A stretch of DNA of 64,000 bases from Promethearchaeota archaeon (GCA_048939015.1 JBHLPW010000021.1:1-64000); one strand, 5' to 3'; shown: positions 20,218 through 29,748, counted from the stretch's first letter. Made by a program: numbers and translations. Notes: generated by a model from the sequence alone, not told the origin.

Positions 20218-21423
20218 ATGTCAGAGAATAGAATTCCGGAAAATCTTGTTATTTGCATAGATACATCACGATCGATGTTTAGAAAGGATTTCGAACCTAA
20301 TAGATTAACATGTTGTATTTCTGCAGCTAAATCATTAATAAAAGAAAGATTTAATTTAGATAATTTAAGCTCGTTTTTAATAATAAAATATTCTAGTAAA
20401 GCAGAAAAGGTTTCTGAATTTACTGCATCAGGTTTTGAAAATAACCTCTTTGGAGCCTTAGATTCCATAAGATGTGGAGGATACTCTGCTATGGGTGATG
20501 CTTTAGCATTATCAATTAAAACTTTAATAGCAGAACTTCGAAAAATCGGTGCAAAAACGCCAAGGATAATTTTAATATCTGATGGGAATTATATGAGATC
20601 TACGGCCGATCCTATAAAGATGGCACGTCTAGCTCAAGGATTAAATATTAGAATTGACACTTTTGGTTTAGGAAATGCGAAGAAAGACAATTTACTTAAA
20701 AAAATTAGTGATATTACCAGTGGTCGATTTTTTTATAGCAATGATCTTGAATCCTTAATTAGATCTGCGAAAGAAATTGCTGATGACAATTATAAAACTT
20801 ATGGATCAGGTAAAGAAACTTTAATCGAAAATCCAGCTTTTCTTAGAAAAATCGCAGCAGATTTATTGAGAGTACAAGATTTAACAAAAGATCAAGAACA
20901 ACGAGTAAAACAGATACGTGGTATGGTTGATTTTAAAAAATGTTCAATTTGCTTTTCTGATCAAAATCCTTATACGAAAGGTTCTTTTTATGTAACTGGT
21001 AGATATTGTCCTAATTGCACGACACCTTTTCATATACATTGTTTAGCTGCATGGGCAGATTCTCAAAAAGATCACCAAGTAAAACGGTCTGGTACAGCTA
21101 GGTGCCCCCATTGCTTTTACCTAATTAAAATACCTAAAGAAGTAACTCAAATACAAAAATTGCGGGTTCTAACGAAAGGCATTAAGGAAGAGAAGGTAAA
21201 AAAACCTGAGATTATGCCTGCCAAATATATTCAAGATGTAAGAGTGCTTGGGGATGAAGCTCTATTTAATGCTTGTCCAGTTTGTCATTTGATTTTTGAA
21301 AAAGGACAAACGGCAGTACAATGTGGAAATCTTCGATGTAATGCTCTTTATCATGAAGACTGTTTTGTAAAATTACAGGAAGGTCATTGTAAAAAGTGCG
21401 ATGTAAAACTCCATCTTTATTAG
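20218..21423 (+). CDS. vWA (Rpn10/Ssl1-like) domain plus two C4HC3 RING-variant/PHD-like fingers
   Basis: ICIDTSRSM...DF.PNRL, ISDG; CSIC..CPNC..H..C..CPHC and CPVC..C..C..H..C..CKKC. Confidence 0.8.
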   Translation: MSENRIPENLVICIDTSRSMFRKDFEPNRLTCCISAAKSLIKERFNLDNLSSFLIIKYSSKAEKVSEFTASGFENNLFGALDSIRCGGYSAMGDALALSIKTLIAELRKIGAKTPRIILISDGNYMRSTADPIKMARLAQGLNIRIDTFGLGNAKKDNLLKKISDITSGRFFYSNDLESLIRSAKEIADDNYKTYGSGKETLIENPAFLRKIAADLLRVQDLTKDQEQRVKQIRGMVDFKKCSICFSDQNPYTKGSFYVTGRYCPNCTTPFHIHCLAAWADSQKDHQVKRSGTARCPHCFYLIKIPKEVTQIQKLRVLTKGIKEEKVKKPEIMPAKYIQDVRVLGDEALFNACPVCHLIFEKGQTAVQCGNLRCNALYHEDCFVKLQEGHCKKCDVKLHLY

Positions 21424-21480
21424 ATATTAAAACTTTGATATTATTCTAAAAAATATCTATTAAATCTAATTAGATAATAT

Positions 21481-21720
21481 TTATTTTCTCATAAAAATGT
21501 CTATTTCGGATATCAAATAGCATAATACATCATAGGAAGGCCCAGAAAAAAAGATTTCTGCCGCTTTTTCTCTAATTCTATCCTCTTGATTGTATCTTGG
21601 ATCTTTCTGAATAAGTAATTGTCTTTGGGCAAGTAACCAGCAGAGTTTATCATAAGTATATCCTTTTTGTGCTAGATAGTAAGCTGCTACATTAATTTGA
21701 GATATTTTATCTTCACTCAT
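21481..21720 (-). CDS. Small protein consisting only of the duplicated I-x2-A...YD.LCW..AE helical module also found at the gelsolin C-terminus
   Basis: QINVAAYYLAQKGYTYDKLCWLLAQ / RIREKAAEIFFSGPSYDVLCYLISE; ATG at 21720 (track extends to TTG 21729). Confidence 0.8.
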   Translation of the reverse strand: MSEDKISQINVAAYYLAQKGYTYDKLCWLLAQRQLLIQKDPRYNQEDRIREKAAEIFFSGPSYDVLCYLISEIDIFMRK

Positions 21721-21939
21721 TTTTCTCAATTATTTTTTATTTAAAAATCTAAACTCTTTCAATTTAATTAATAAATTTTTAGCATTTAATTCCTTTTATT
21801 AAACACTACTTTTTAATTAAGAAACTTAAAAATATGTTTTAATTCGAAAAATTTGAAAGTAGAAAAATCTTGAAAAATCATCCAGTTTAAATATTTCTTT
21901 AAACCTATTATAAATATCAAATTTGATAACTGATATGAA

Positions 21940-22824
21940 ATGAGTGATTCTGAATATTATTCTTATGAGAATATAAAAATAGGAAAGGGAAATTTTAATT
22001 TACCTCCAGTTTTAATCGGGACTATGTTTTATCAGAATCAGACTATTGTAGATAGAAAAAACCCAGAAATATTTAATAGCTCAAAAGCATTAAAACGAAT
22101 CAATAATCATATAACGTTATCTGAAAAGTATAAAATTCCAAATTTAGTTGAAATTTCTGCTACAACCCCTAAATCAATAATTAATTATTTAGAATTTTAT
22201 CTTGATCATTTTACACCACCATTTATACTTGGGGGAAATTTTGAATCGAGAGTAGCAGGTATCGAATATCTTGATGAACATGGGATTAAACCTAACCAAT
22301 ACATTTATAATGCAATTTCAAATCTAAAAAATAAGAAAGAACTCGAAATTATTAAAAATTACAAATTAGAATCTACTGTAATTTTAATCCTTGGATCAAA
22401 TAATATGACTTCAACCCAAAGATATGCATATCTTACTCAAAAAACCCAACCAAATAATGTTAATATTATTGAAGGATTAAATAAGATTGGTGTTGATAAA
22501 CTATGGATTGATGGTGGAGTTATTGATTTAGAAAGTTTAGCACATATTCTAGAAACCCAGCAAATAGTAAGTACCTCACTGAAATTTCCAGTTGGTACAG
22601 CAGCAAATTTGTTTCTTTTTCAATATTCTTCCCCTCGCTTAAATATTAAATTTCATACCAGATATAGAAGAGCTAGTATAATGTTTATAGCAACTTGGTT
22701 TTCTAATTTCATTTTTTATGGAGCGATTGAAGATGCAAAAGAATCATTTGCGTCTACATATCAATCAATAGAATTCAGAAAGATAATAAAAAGCAGAAAT
22801 ATAAAACTCTTTAAACAATTTTAA
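21940..22824 (+). CDS. MtrH-like pterin-binding methyltransferase subunit (standalone, divergent)
   Basis: IG.....PPVLIGTMFY....IVD....IF, RVAG..Y......IYN.I, PVG.A.N, FYGAIE.A resemble MtrH. Confidence 0.7.
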   Translation: MSDSEYYSYENIKIGKGNFNLPPVLIGTMFYQNQTIVDRKNPEIFNSSKALKRINNHITLSEKYKIPNLVEISATTPKSIINYLEFYLDHFTPPFILGGNFESRVAGIEYLDEHGIKPNQYIYNAISNLKNKKELEIIKNYKLESTVILILGSNNMTSTQRYAYLTQKTQPNNVNIIEGLNKIGVDKLWIDGGVIDLESLAHILETQQIVSTSLKFPVGTAANLFLFQYSSPRLNIKFHTRYRRASIMFIATWFSNFIFYGAIEDAKESFASTYQSIEFRKIIKSRNIKLFKQF

Positions 22825-22991
22825 ATAAATTTCGTTTCTAAATTTAAACATATAGATGTTTAGAGTTATAATATTTGATAGAAAGCTATTAATACTAAGG
22901 TTTTAATATCTTAATTAAGTCTATGTAATTTGTATAGAGTCTTAAATTGAATTAATTATTTACGAAATACGCCATAAATAAGGAGAATAAA

Positions 22992-24131
22992 ATGATTAAT
23001 AATCGTTATAGTGATGAAAAAGAGTTGGAGGCTGTAAGGTTAATAGATCAAGCAGAAACTTTAGTTGATCGGGGTAAAGGAGTAGATGCTATTAAATTTT
23101 ATGAAAAAGCTGCTTCTATCTATCTTGATCTTGGAAGCTATATTAAATTAGATGAACTATTTATCCGGATTACACAAATAATCTCAAAAGTTAAGGACAA
23201 TATTCAAGCTGTTTATAGGTTGAAGTCAATTATTAGAAAAACTGAAGAATTAAAAATATATGAAGTATCAGCTAAATTATTGATTCAATTAGGAAATATT
23301 GCCTTTAGAATGCATGATTGGGAGACTGCAGGAGAATCGTGGCAAAGCGCTTCAACTTATTTATATGAAACAGATCCTGAAGAATATAGGAATTTAGCTT
23401 CAGTACTTCTTCTAAAAGCAGGAGAAGTATTTGAACGGTCAAGAATTAAAAAAGATGAAGGTAAACGATTAATACTTAAATCCATTATGAAGATTCATAA
23501 ATTTGATGAATTGTATGAGACCGAGGAGAAGCAAGCTTTTATTTTATTATCTAAAAGAGAATTTGAAGCTTCTTCAAAAAAATTCTTTGAGATTGCAAGT
23601 TATTTTAGAAAAGCATTAAATGATTTAGATAATTTAATAGACGAACAGGAATCCAAAAATACATTACTTAATGCTAAAGCTAGATTCATACATTTTGTTG
23701 CAGAATATCAAACCGTATCCGCATTATGTTTAAGAGCATCAGAAGACCGTACATATAATGAGAGGATTAAAGAACTTGGTACTGACTCCTTTAACCTTTT
23801 TAAAGAATCAATTTCTATGTTAAAGTCTTATCTCCTTCCAATCAAGTCAGATTTCGATCATGAAATAATACTAAGAATAACATTTGATACAATGTTAATC
23901 TCAATAATTCAGGCTATGTTAGGCATTCAACAAATAAGTCCAAATGATTTCTTATTAAAGGATATGGATAGTAATAAACTATTACTAAATGAAATTAAAG
24001 AATCACCATATCATAAGATTACTGAAAGAATTGAAGAATTAGGGATTAGAGAAGCATTAGATAAGCTATCAAAGACGCATCTAGGTCATTTTGAATTGAT
24101 AAAAAATACTCTAATTTCATACTTTGAATGA
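22992..24131 (+). CDS. Alpha-helical repeat (TPR/SNAP-like) protein
   Basis: A...YEKAA.IY, AGESW..A..Y, AS.KF.E.A.YF helical repeat pattern. Confidence 0.6.
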   Translation: MINNRYSDEKELEAVRLIDQAETLVDRGKGVDAIKFYEKAASIYLDLGSYIKLDELFIRITQIISKVKDNIQAVYRLKSIIRKTEELKIYEVSAKLLIQLGNIAFRMHDWETAGESWQSASTYLYETDPEEYRNLASVLLLKAGEVFERSRIKKDEGKRLILKSIMKIHKFDELYETEEKQAFILLSKREFEASSKKFFEIASYFRKALNDLDNLIDEQESKNTLLNAKARFIHFVAEYQTVSALCLRASEDRTYNERIKELGTDSFNLFKESISMLKSYLLPIKSDFDHEIILRITFDTMLISIIQAMLGIQQISPNDFLLKDMDSNKLLLNEIKESPYHKITERIEELGIREALDKLSKTHLGHFELIKNTLISYFE

Positions 24132-24363
24132 AACTCTAAACATTAAAATTGTATTTCGTCCTATAGGTTTTATTAATATTTTAATTTCTTGTTCACAAAC
24201 ACAATTATGATAATCTTAACTAACATATTACATAAAAATTGCGTATTCTCCATTAGATTGATTATAAAACTTTAATGAAAATATCGATCTAAATTTGATA
24301 ATTTTGAGAAAAATTGAATTTTATGATATCTGTGAATATTATTTTCCACTATGTAGATCCAAC

Positions 24364-24377
24364 AAAAAGTTTATAAG
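24364..24377 (+). promoter_or_regulatory. Probable BRE/TATA promoter of the B12 radical SAM gene
   Basis: AAAAAG-TTTATAAG matches the archaeal BRE+TATA arrangement; implies a leader of about 140 nt. Confidence 0.45.
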
Positions 24378-24538
24378 TGTGTATTGATTTTTAAACACAT
24401 AAGATTTTAGTTAATGAGAAATCATTGATGGTTTCTCCATACCACTTTTCCTCTATTATTATTAATCAGTTATATATATGAATAGTGGAAATTAGGCTCC
24501 TAACTAAAAAAATTTAAGAGATATGGGGAATGTGAGAA

Positions 24539-26122
24539 TTGAAAATTTTATATGTTAATCCTGCACGGATAAGTTCAGGTCTTGACGCAATTATTAAGGG
24601 ACCTCCTTTAAGCTTAATTTCTATTGCAGCAATGGTTCCAGAACATGAAGCAACTTTATTCGATTTTAAAGTTCATAAATATAATGAGAAAAAATTCCAT
24701 TCATTATTAAATCAGAGTGATATTGTAGCTCTTACAAGTATGACTCCACAGATATCACATGCATTTGAAGTAGCTCAAATGGCAAAAGAACATGGATGTA
24801 CCACTATCATTGGAGGATATCAACCAACATTAGCTCCTGAATTTGTTGCAAAGCATCCAGCAGTAGATTATATTGTTCGTGGTGAAGGAGAACACACATT
24901 TCGAGAACTTGTTAATTATATTGATGGAAATATGAACAATATTCAATTAAGAAAAATTGATGGAATTTCCTATAAAAACAAAGATGGTCAAGTGCTTCAT
25001 AACCAAGACAGAAAATTAGAATCTAATTTGGATAATTTTCCAATGCCTCGTAGAGACTTATTAGATGATAAAAAATATGTTTATCTAGGAGCTAGAGTAG
25101 CTCAACTTGAGACTTCGCGAGGATGTCCACATAATTGTAAATTTTGTTGTATTATTAAAATGTGGAGGAATTACGATCGTCCTGTTACTTACAGAACAAA
25201 ATCAACTAAAAGAATAATGCAAGAGATTTATGATATTGATTGGAAAAATGATTTTATCTTCTTTTGTGAAGATAACTTTACAATTAAAATCAAACGAACA
25301 AAAGAAATTCTTGAAACCATGATTCGTTCAGGTATTCCAAATAAGATGTATTTCTCGTGCCAATCTCGAGTCGATACACTATATAGGAATCCATGGTTAA
25401 TAGATTTAATGCATAAAGCCGGTATGAGACAGGTTTTTCTCGGAATCGAATCAGTTCATCAACAAAGCCTTGATGCTATGAATAAGAAAAATACAACTCC
25501 TGAAATGGTTAAGAAAGTCGTATCATCTCTTCAAGATCGTGGAATTTCAATATTTGGAGGCGTCATCATTGGATTTCCAGGCGAAACTAAAACTATGGTG
25601 AGACAGAATATACAGTTTGCACGATCTCTTAATTTAACTTGTATTCAATTTACTCCCATTACTGCCTTTCCAGGAACAGATTTCTACAATGAAATGGAAG
25701 AGAAACAGATGATCACCAGTACTAATTATCGTTATTACGATTTATTTCATTCTATGATGCGTACAGAACAACTTTCCAATAATGAAATTTATCAATTAGT
25801 CGGTGAAGCGTATTCTGCATATTATCTTAGTAAAGGGTGGTTGAGAATGCTTATAAAAAGATATACTAATCCTTTTGGTAAATTCAATTGGATGGGAAGA
25901 AATGTTCCACGTTTTGCTAAAACAGTTATTAAGAATGGGAGAGAAATGCTCCTATCAATGGGGATGACACAGTCAATTATTTCTGAAGAGATGAAGGAAT
26001 TGATGAAAAATGGAAAGAATGGTAAATATAAAACCTCTAAGAAGAATAATGGATCTATGAAGGAAGTTGAGAATTTGATATTTACGCAAAAAGTACAAAA
26101 ACCTCTAAGAATTACTGAATAG
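24539..26122 (+). CDS. Cobalamin-binding radical SAM protein (class B methylase-like)
   Basis: PPLSL, IIGG..PT, VRGEGE; ETSRGCPHNCKFC; EDNF, GIES, IIGFPGET, PGT.FY. Confidence 0.92.
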   Translation: MKILYVNPARISSGLDAIIKGPPLSLISIAAMVPEHEATLFDFKVHKYNEKKFHSLLNQSDIVALTSMTPQISHAFEVAQMAKEHGCTTIIGGYQPTLAPEFVAKHPAVDYIVRGEGEHTFRELVNYIDGNMNNIQLRKIDGISYKNKDGQVLHNQDRKLESNLDNFPMPRRDLLDDKKYVYLGARVAQLETSRGCPHNCKFCCIIKMWRNYDRPVTYRTKSTKRIMQEIYDIDWKNDFIFFCEDNFTIKIKRTKEILETMIRSGIPNKMYFSCQSRVDTLYRNPWLIDLMHKAGMRQVFLGIESVHQQSLDAMNKKNTTPEMVKKVVSSLQDRGISIFGGVIIGFPGETKTMVRQNIQFARSLNLTCIQFTPITAFPGTDFYNEMEEKQMITSTNYRYYDLFHSMMRTEQLSNNEIYQLVGEAYSAYYLSKGWLRMLIKRYTNPFGKFNWMGRNVPRFAKTVIKNGREMLLSMGMTQSIISEEMKELMKNGKNGKYKTSKKNNGSMKEVENLIFTQKVQKPLRITE

Positions 26123-26144
26123 ACTAAGATTTATCGAAAAATAT

Positions 26145-26468
26145 CTAAAACTCTATTATAAGTTTATTAAATTTTAACTTGCTAATCTTGCGAACCCCGT
26201 GATCCCCAGATGCATAATCGCAAGTAATTAATCCTGCATCTTCAAGCTTTTTAATTTGGGCCGAAATATTCGCTTCAGTCATAGATAAATTTGCAGCAAT
26301 GTTTGACACATCCATCGGTTCTTCTTGAATATGATGGAGTATTTGACGCCTTGTTCGGGATGACAAGGCTTTTACGATTTTTTCAATCTGATCATCTGAT
26401 TTTATAGATATTGATTCAGATTTATTTTGCATATTAACTTCCAAAATACCAGTTTGTGAAATTTCCAT
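26145..26468 (-). CDS. ArsR-family HTH regulator
   Basis: KALSS.TR..IL....EPM.VS.IA.......ANIS.QIKKLEDAGLI, G.HGVRK. Confidence 0.85.
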   Translation of the reverse strand: MEISQTGILEVNMQNKSESISIKSDDQIEKIVKALSSRTRRQILHHIQEEPMDVSNIAANLSMTEANISAQIKKLEDAGLITCDYASGDHGVRKISKLKFNKLIIEF

Positions 26469-27337
26469 GACTTTTTATCCAACCCTTAATAAATTTCTAA
26501 TGGTTATATACACTAAACCAATATTTTGGACGGTATTTATATTTACCTCGTGTTTTGATTGTAATTCAATGCAACATATAGTTACAATGTAATACATTTG
26601 ATATTAAAAATGGGTAGTTCTTAATTTTGTATTTGGGATTATTTATTTAATAAACTATTCTTTTAACAAAATTAAAATTTTATATAATCTTTATACTCTA
26701 AAGTTTAACCCATATTTCTCATTTTGGAGCATTTAATGTTCCATTTAAATATTTTGAGTCTATATTTGATAGAGATTATTTAAAATCAAAACATTTACGA
26801 ATATTAAAAATTCATCTAAAATCTATTAATATTTCCATAAAATTCCCACTAAAACATAATTTAAGATTTTTTCATATTTTTTTATTGTTTTTTTATACAT
26901 AATTATTCTTATATTATAAAAGTTGAAATTTAAAATTTAACAATTTAAAACATTTTAGTTATTATATTTTCTCAATTGCTTGAAATCGGATCTAAAATAT
27001 AATTCCTTTAATTTTTTGATAAATATTAATAAAATGTCTAAGATTTATTAAATAATCTTTTACTATTTATCTAATCATTAAATTCTGCTTAACTCCTTAA
27101 ATTAATTTAAATTAAAATGGATATATTAAAATTTAAAACATCTTTAATATACTCAAATCCTAGGTAATAAGATTAGATTAAATAGATCATAATAAATATA
27201 TAATTTATGTGTTTAATCTTTGTTAATTTTTGAAAAAAAATGTAAAATACTATCATTTATATTTTAAAGTTACTAATATTACATATAAAGCATAATGCAT
27301 ACAAAAGCTACGGATAAAAATGTTTAAGGTGTCATAA

Positions 27338-28003
27338 ATTAGTCCAAGTCCTAACCCCAAATCAATAAGTTCAAAAAAATCTATCTCAGATAGAAGAAGT
27401 ACCTCACAAGGATCAACAAGTGTTATTACTGTTAGAATTGATGAAGAATTAAATGATCATATTGATAAAGTTAAAGAAAGATTGGGAACTTCTAAAGCCG
27501 ATTTCATAAGAAATTATTTAGAATTATCTAAATTTATAATTAAACAGAGAAGTTCAATAAAATCATTAAATGACAGAGATTTTATTATCATAAAAAGAAG
27601 TTATTTAAGAAAACTCATTGAAAAAGAATCTGAAGAAGAACAAATAATTTTAGGAAATAAATTAGGTAATTTTATTAATGATATTGCAAGAATTAATGGG
27701 AAATTAGAAGATATTGATTATAAACTAGACTTATGTGATAACCTGGGTTTTTTCCCCAAATTTGTAGATGATGAAAATTATATCTTAATAGAAAAAAAGT
27801 TCGGATCACAAAAATTTGTGGAAGCGTTCGCTTGGAAAATATTTAATCAAACTTCAGATTTCAATGTTGATTGGGTATCATCAAAAATCGATACGCAAAG
27901 TAAAATAAGAACTGTTTATAATAATAAAGTGCAACCTATTGAGCGTTCATCATCACATTATTCATTTGAATTTGCTAAACTAATTGAAAGTGAAATAGAA
28001 TAA
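27338..28003 (+). CDS. Ribbon-helix-helix regulator with C-terminal domain; probable ATT start at 27338 (track TTG at 27482)
   Basis: In-frame extension gives SVITVRIDEELNDHIDKVKERLGTSKADFIRNYLE (complete RHH); AAGGTG SD before the ATT and an in-frame stop directly upstream. Confidence 0.75.
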   Translation: MSPSPNPKSISSKKSISDRRSTSQGSTSVITVRIDEELNDHIDKVKERLGTSKADFIRNYLELSKFIIKQRSSIKSLNDRDFIIIKRSYLRKLIEKESEEEQIILGNKLGNFINDIARINGKLEDIDYKLDLCDNLGFFPKFVDDENYILIEKKFGSQKFVEAFAWKIFNQTSDFNVDWVSSKIDTQSKIRTVYNNKVQPIERSSSHYSFEFAKLIESEIE

Positions 28004-28017
28004 ATAATTAATTTATT

Positions 28018-29748
28018 TCAACTTTTATCAATAATTTCTTTTAATCCTAAAATTGGCACGATTGTCTTATTTGGGCGGTATAGAATTTCATAATTTAATT
28101 CATTTAAAGCTTTTTGTATATAAAAATAAGTAATTAGAATGTAATCTACGTCTTGGTTTTTCAATATTTTCCCTATTAATTTAACTTCCCAGATATTTAG
28201 TACATTTAGAATAATGTCTAAAATTTTATTTAACGGTCGAGCAGCTCTTCTGAAAAAAAGATTATAAAGTATTTCTTCTGGAACTTCATACTTTTCTTTT
28301 TTTATGATGTTTTTCTCAATAAATTGAAGTAATGTGTTGAATTTTATATAACTTAAAGCCCTTAAAAAAGAACCTAAATCTTTTTCAATAGGAAACTTAC
28401 CTTTTTTTTCTTTTAAAGAAAGTTGTGGGTCTCCTTCAAAATCAATAAAGAAGAAGTTATAGTGATTATCAATTTTATTGTATAATATTTGTGCCATATG
28501 CAAATTCTGATGAACAGGTTGAATGTTTATTATTGAATCTTTGAATTCTGAACGGAATCTTTCAATTATATCTTGTATATCTATAAGGATTGCTCTAATC
28601 TTTGGTAAATTAAAAAAGGCACTTTCTGGTTGCTCGTTCATATGACGTAACAAATCCGAAATCATTAAGTTTAATCTCTCGGTGTAATCTTTAAGATAAG
28701 ATTCGCTATTTACTGATTCTAAATTGTATTCATTTTGTGATGGTAAAATTAGGGAATTATGTAGTTTTTTGATATAATTTCCTATCTCTGTAGATACATT
28801 TAAACTTTCAATACAATTATTTTTAATTATTTTTGAAATGTTTGATTTTTCAGCAAGAATGGAATAATTGTTATCAATACCATTAAACACTGTTTTAATC
28901 ATATTATTAAGTTCAATCCAATAAATATCTCCTAGATTTCCTTCATTAGGTACATTTTCCAGTATTCCAACAGTTTCTATATCTTGAATCTTTATTGTGC
29001 CATAAATTTTTGGAGCATGAGGAAATGTATTCTTTACTAAAACATATAACATTGAAGGTTCTAAGCTAATGGAATAATCTTTATAGGATTTTAGGACGTA
29101 TGAGACTGATTTTTGCTCTGAAAATCTCTTGTTTGATATATTCAACAAAAATAAGAGATTGGTGGTATTTCCTTTCCCCAATTGATTTAATGAAAGTTCG
29201 TATCGATCGGGGTATAATCCTGCCTCTATTAAATTCTGAACTTTCTTCATGTTAGATTCATCCTCGAATTGTTTGCTATAAAGAGTTAAATCTAATTTCA
29301 TTTTTGGAAAAGATTCAGAAATTCCCACATCAAACAACAACTTTTTCCAGAAAAATAGACAAAATTCTGCCTCAAGTAAATTTAGAGTAATAATTTTTTG
29401 CTCATTTTCAATTGTTAAAGCTATCTTTTTACTAAATGTGTTTTCTGTAAGGTTTAAAACATTAGAACGTGTTTTTTCATTTTCTTCAAGAATATCTTCT
29501 ATTTTTTCATAATAAATCAAAGGAGTAAAATAAGTCTTCGAATAAGAAGGTGTTTTAACTTCAATTATTATCAAGAAAAGCCTATCAGCAATTGACTCAA
29601 AATATTTTATTTGCACCTCAAATTCTAAATTTGACAAAGCAGATTTATCTCCAAACCATCTTTTTGAGAGTAACCAACCTTTATACTCGTTTGAATTACA
29701 TACCCCTTGAAGTACATTCTTATCTAAATAATTAAACATAACAACCAC
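28018..29748 (-). CDS. Maltokinase/Pep2-like aminoglycoside-phosphotransferase-fold protein
   Basis: WL..KRWFG.K N-terminus, HQNLH..Q, IDFEGDP, KD.GSFLR...Y, KA..EL.YE...RP..IP. Confidence 0.8.
   Translation of the reverse strand: MVVMFNYLDKNVLQGVCNSNEYKGWLLSKRWFGDKSALSNLEFEVQIKYFESIADRLFLIIIEVKTPSYSKTYFTPLIYYEKIEDILEENEKTRSNVLNLTENTFSKKIALTIENEQKIITLNLLEAEFCLFFWKKLLFDVGISESFPKMKLDLTLYSKQFEDESNMKKVQNLIEAGLYPDRYELSLNQLGKGNTTNLLFLLNISNKRFSEQKSVSYVLKSYKDYSISLEPSMLYVLVKNTFPHAPKIYGTIKIQDIETVGILENVPNEGNLGDIYWIELNNMIKTVFNGIDNNYSILAEKSNISKIIKNNCIESLNVSTEIGNYIKKLHNSLILPSQNEYNLESVNSESYLKDYTERLNLMISDLLRHMNEQPESAFFNLPKIRAILIDIQDIIERFRSEFKDSIINIQPVHQNLHMAQILYNKIDNHYNFFFIDFEGDPQLSLKEKKGKFPIEKDLGSFLRALSYIKFNTLLQFIEKNIIKKEKYEVPEEILYNLFFRRAARPLNKILDIILNVLNIWEVKLIGKILKNQDVDYILITYFYIQKALNELNYEILYRPNKTIVPILGLKEIIDKS

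Noticed and set aside
24400-24538. Canonical cobalamin riboswitch before the B12 radical SAM gene
   Set aside because: No B12-box or GGGAA/GCCACTG core motifs; only a generic structured-leader hypothesis is kept.
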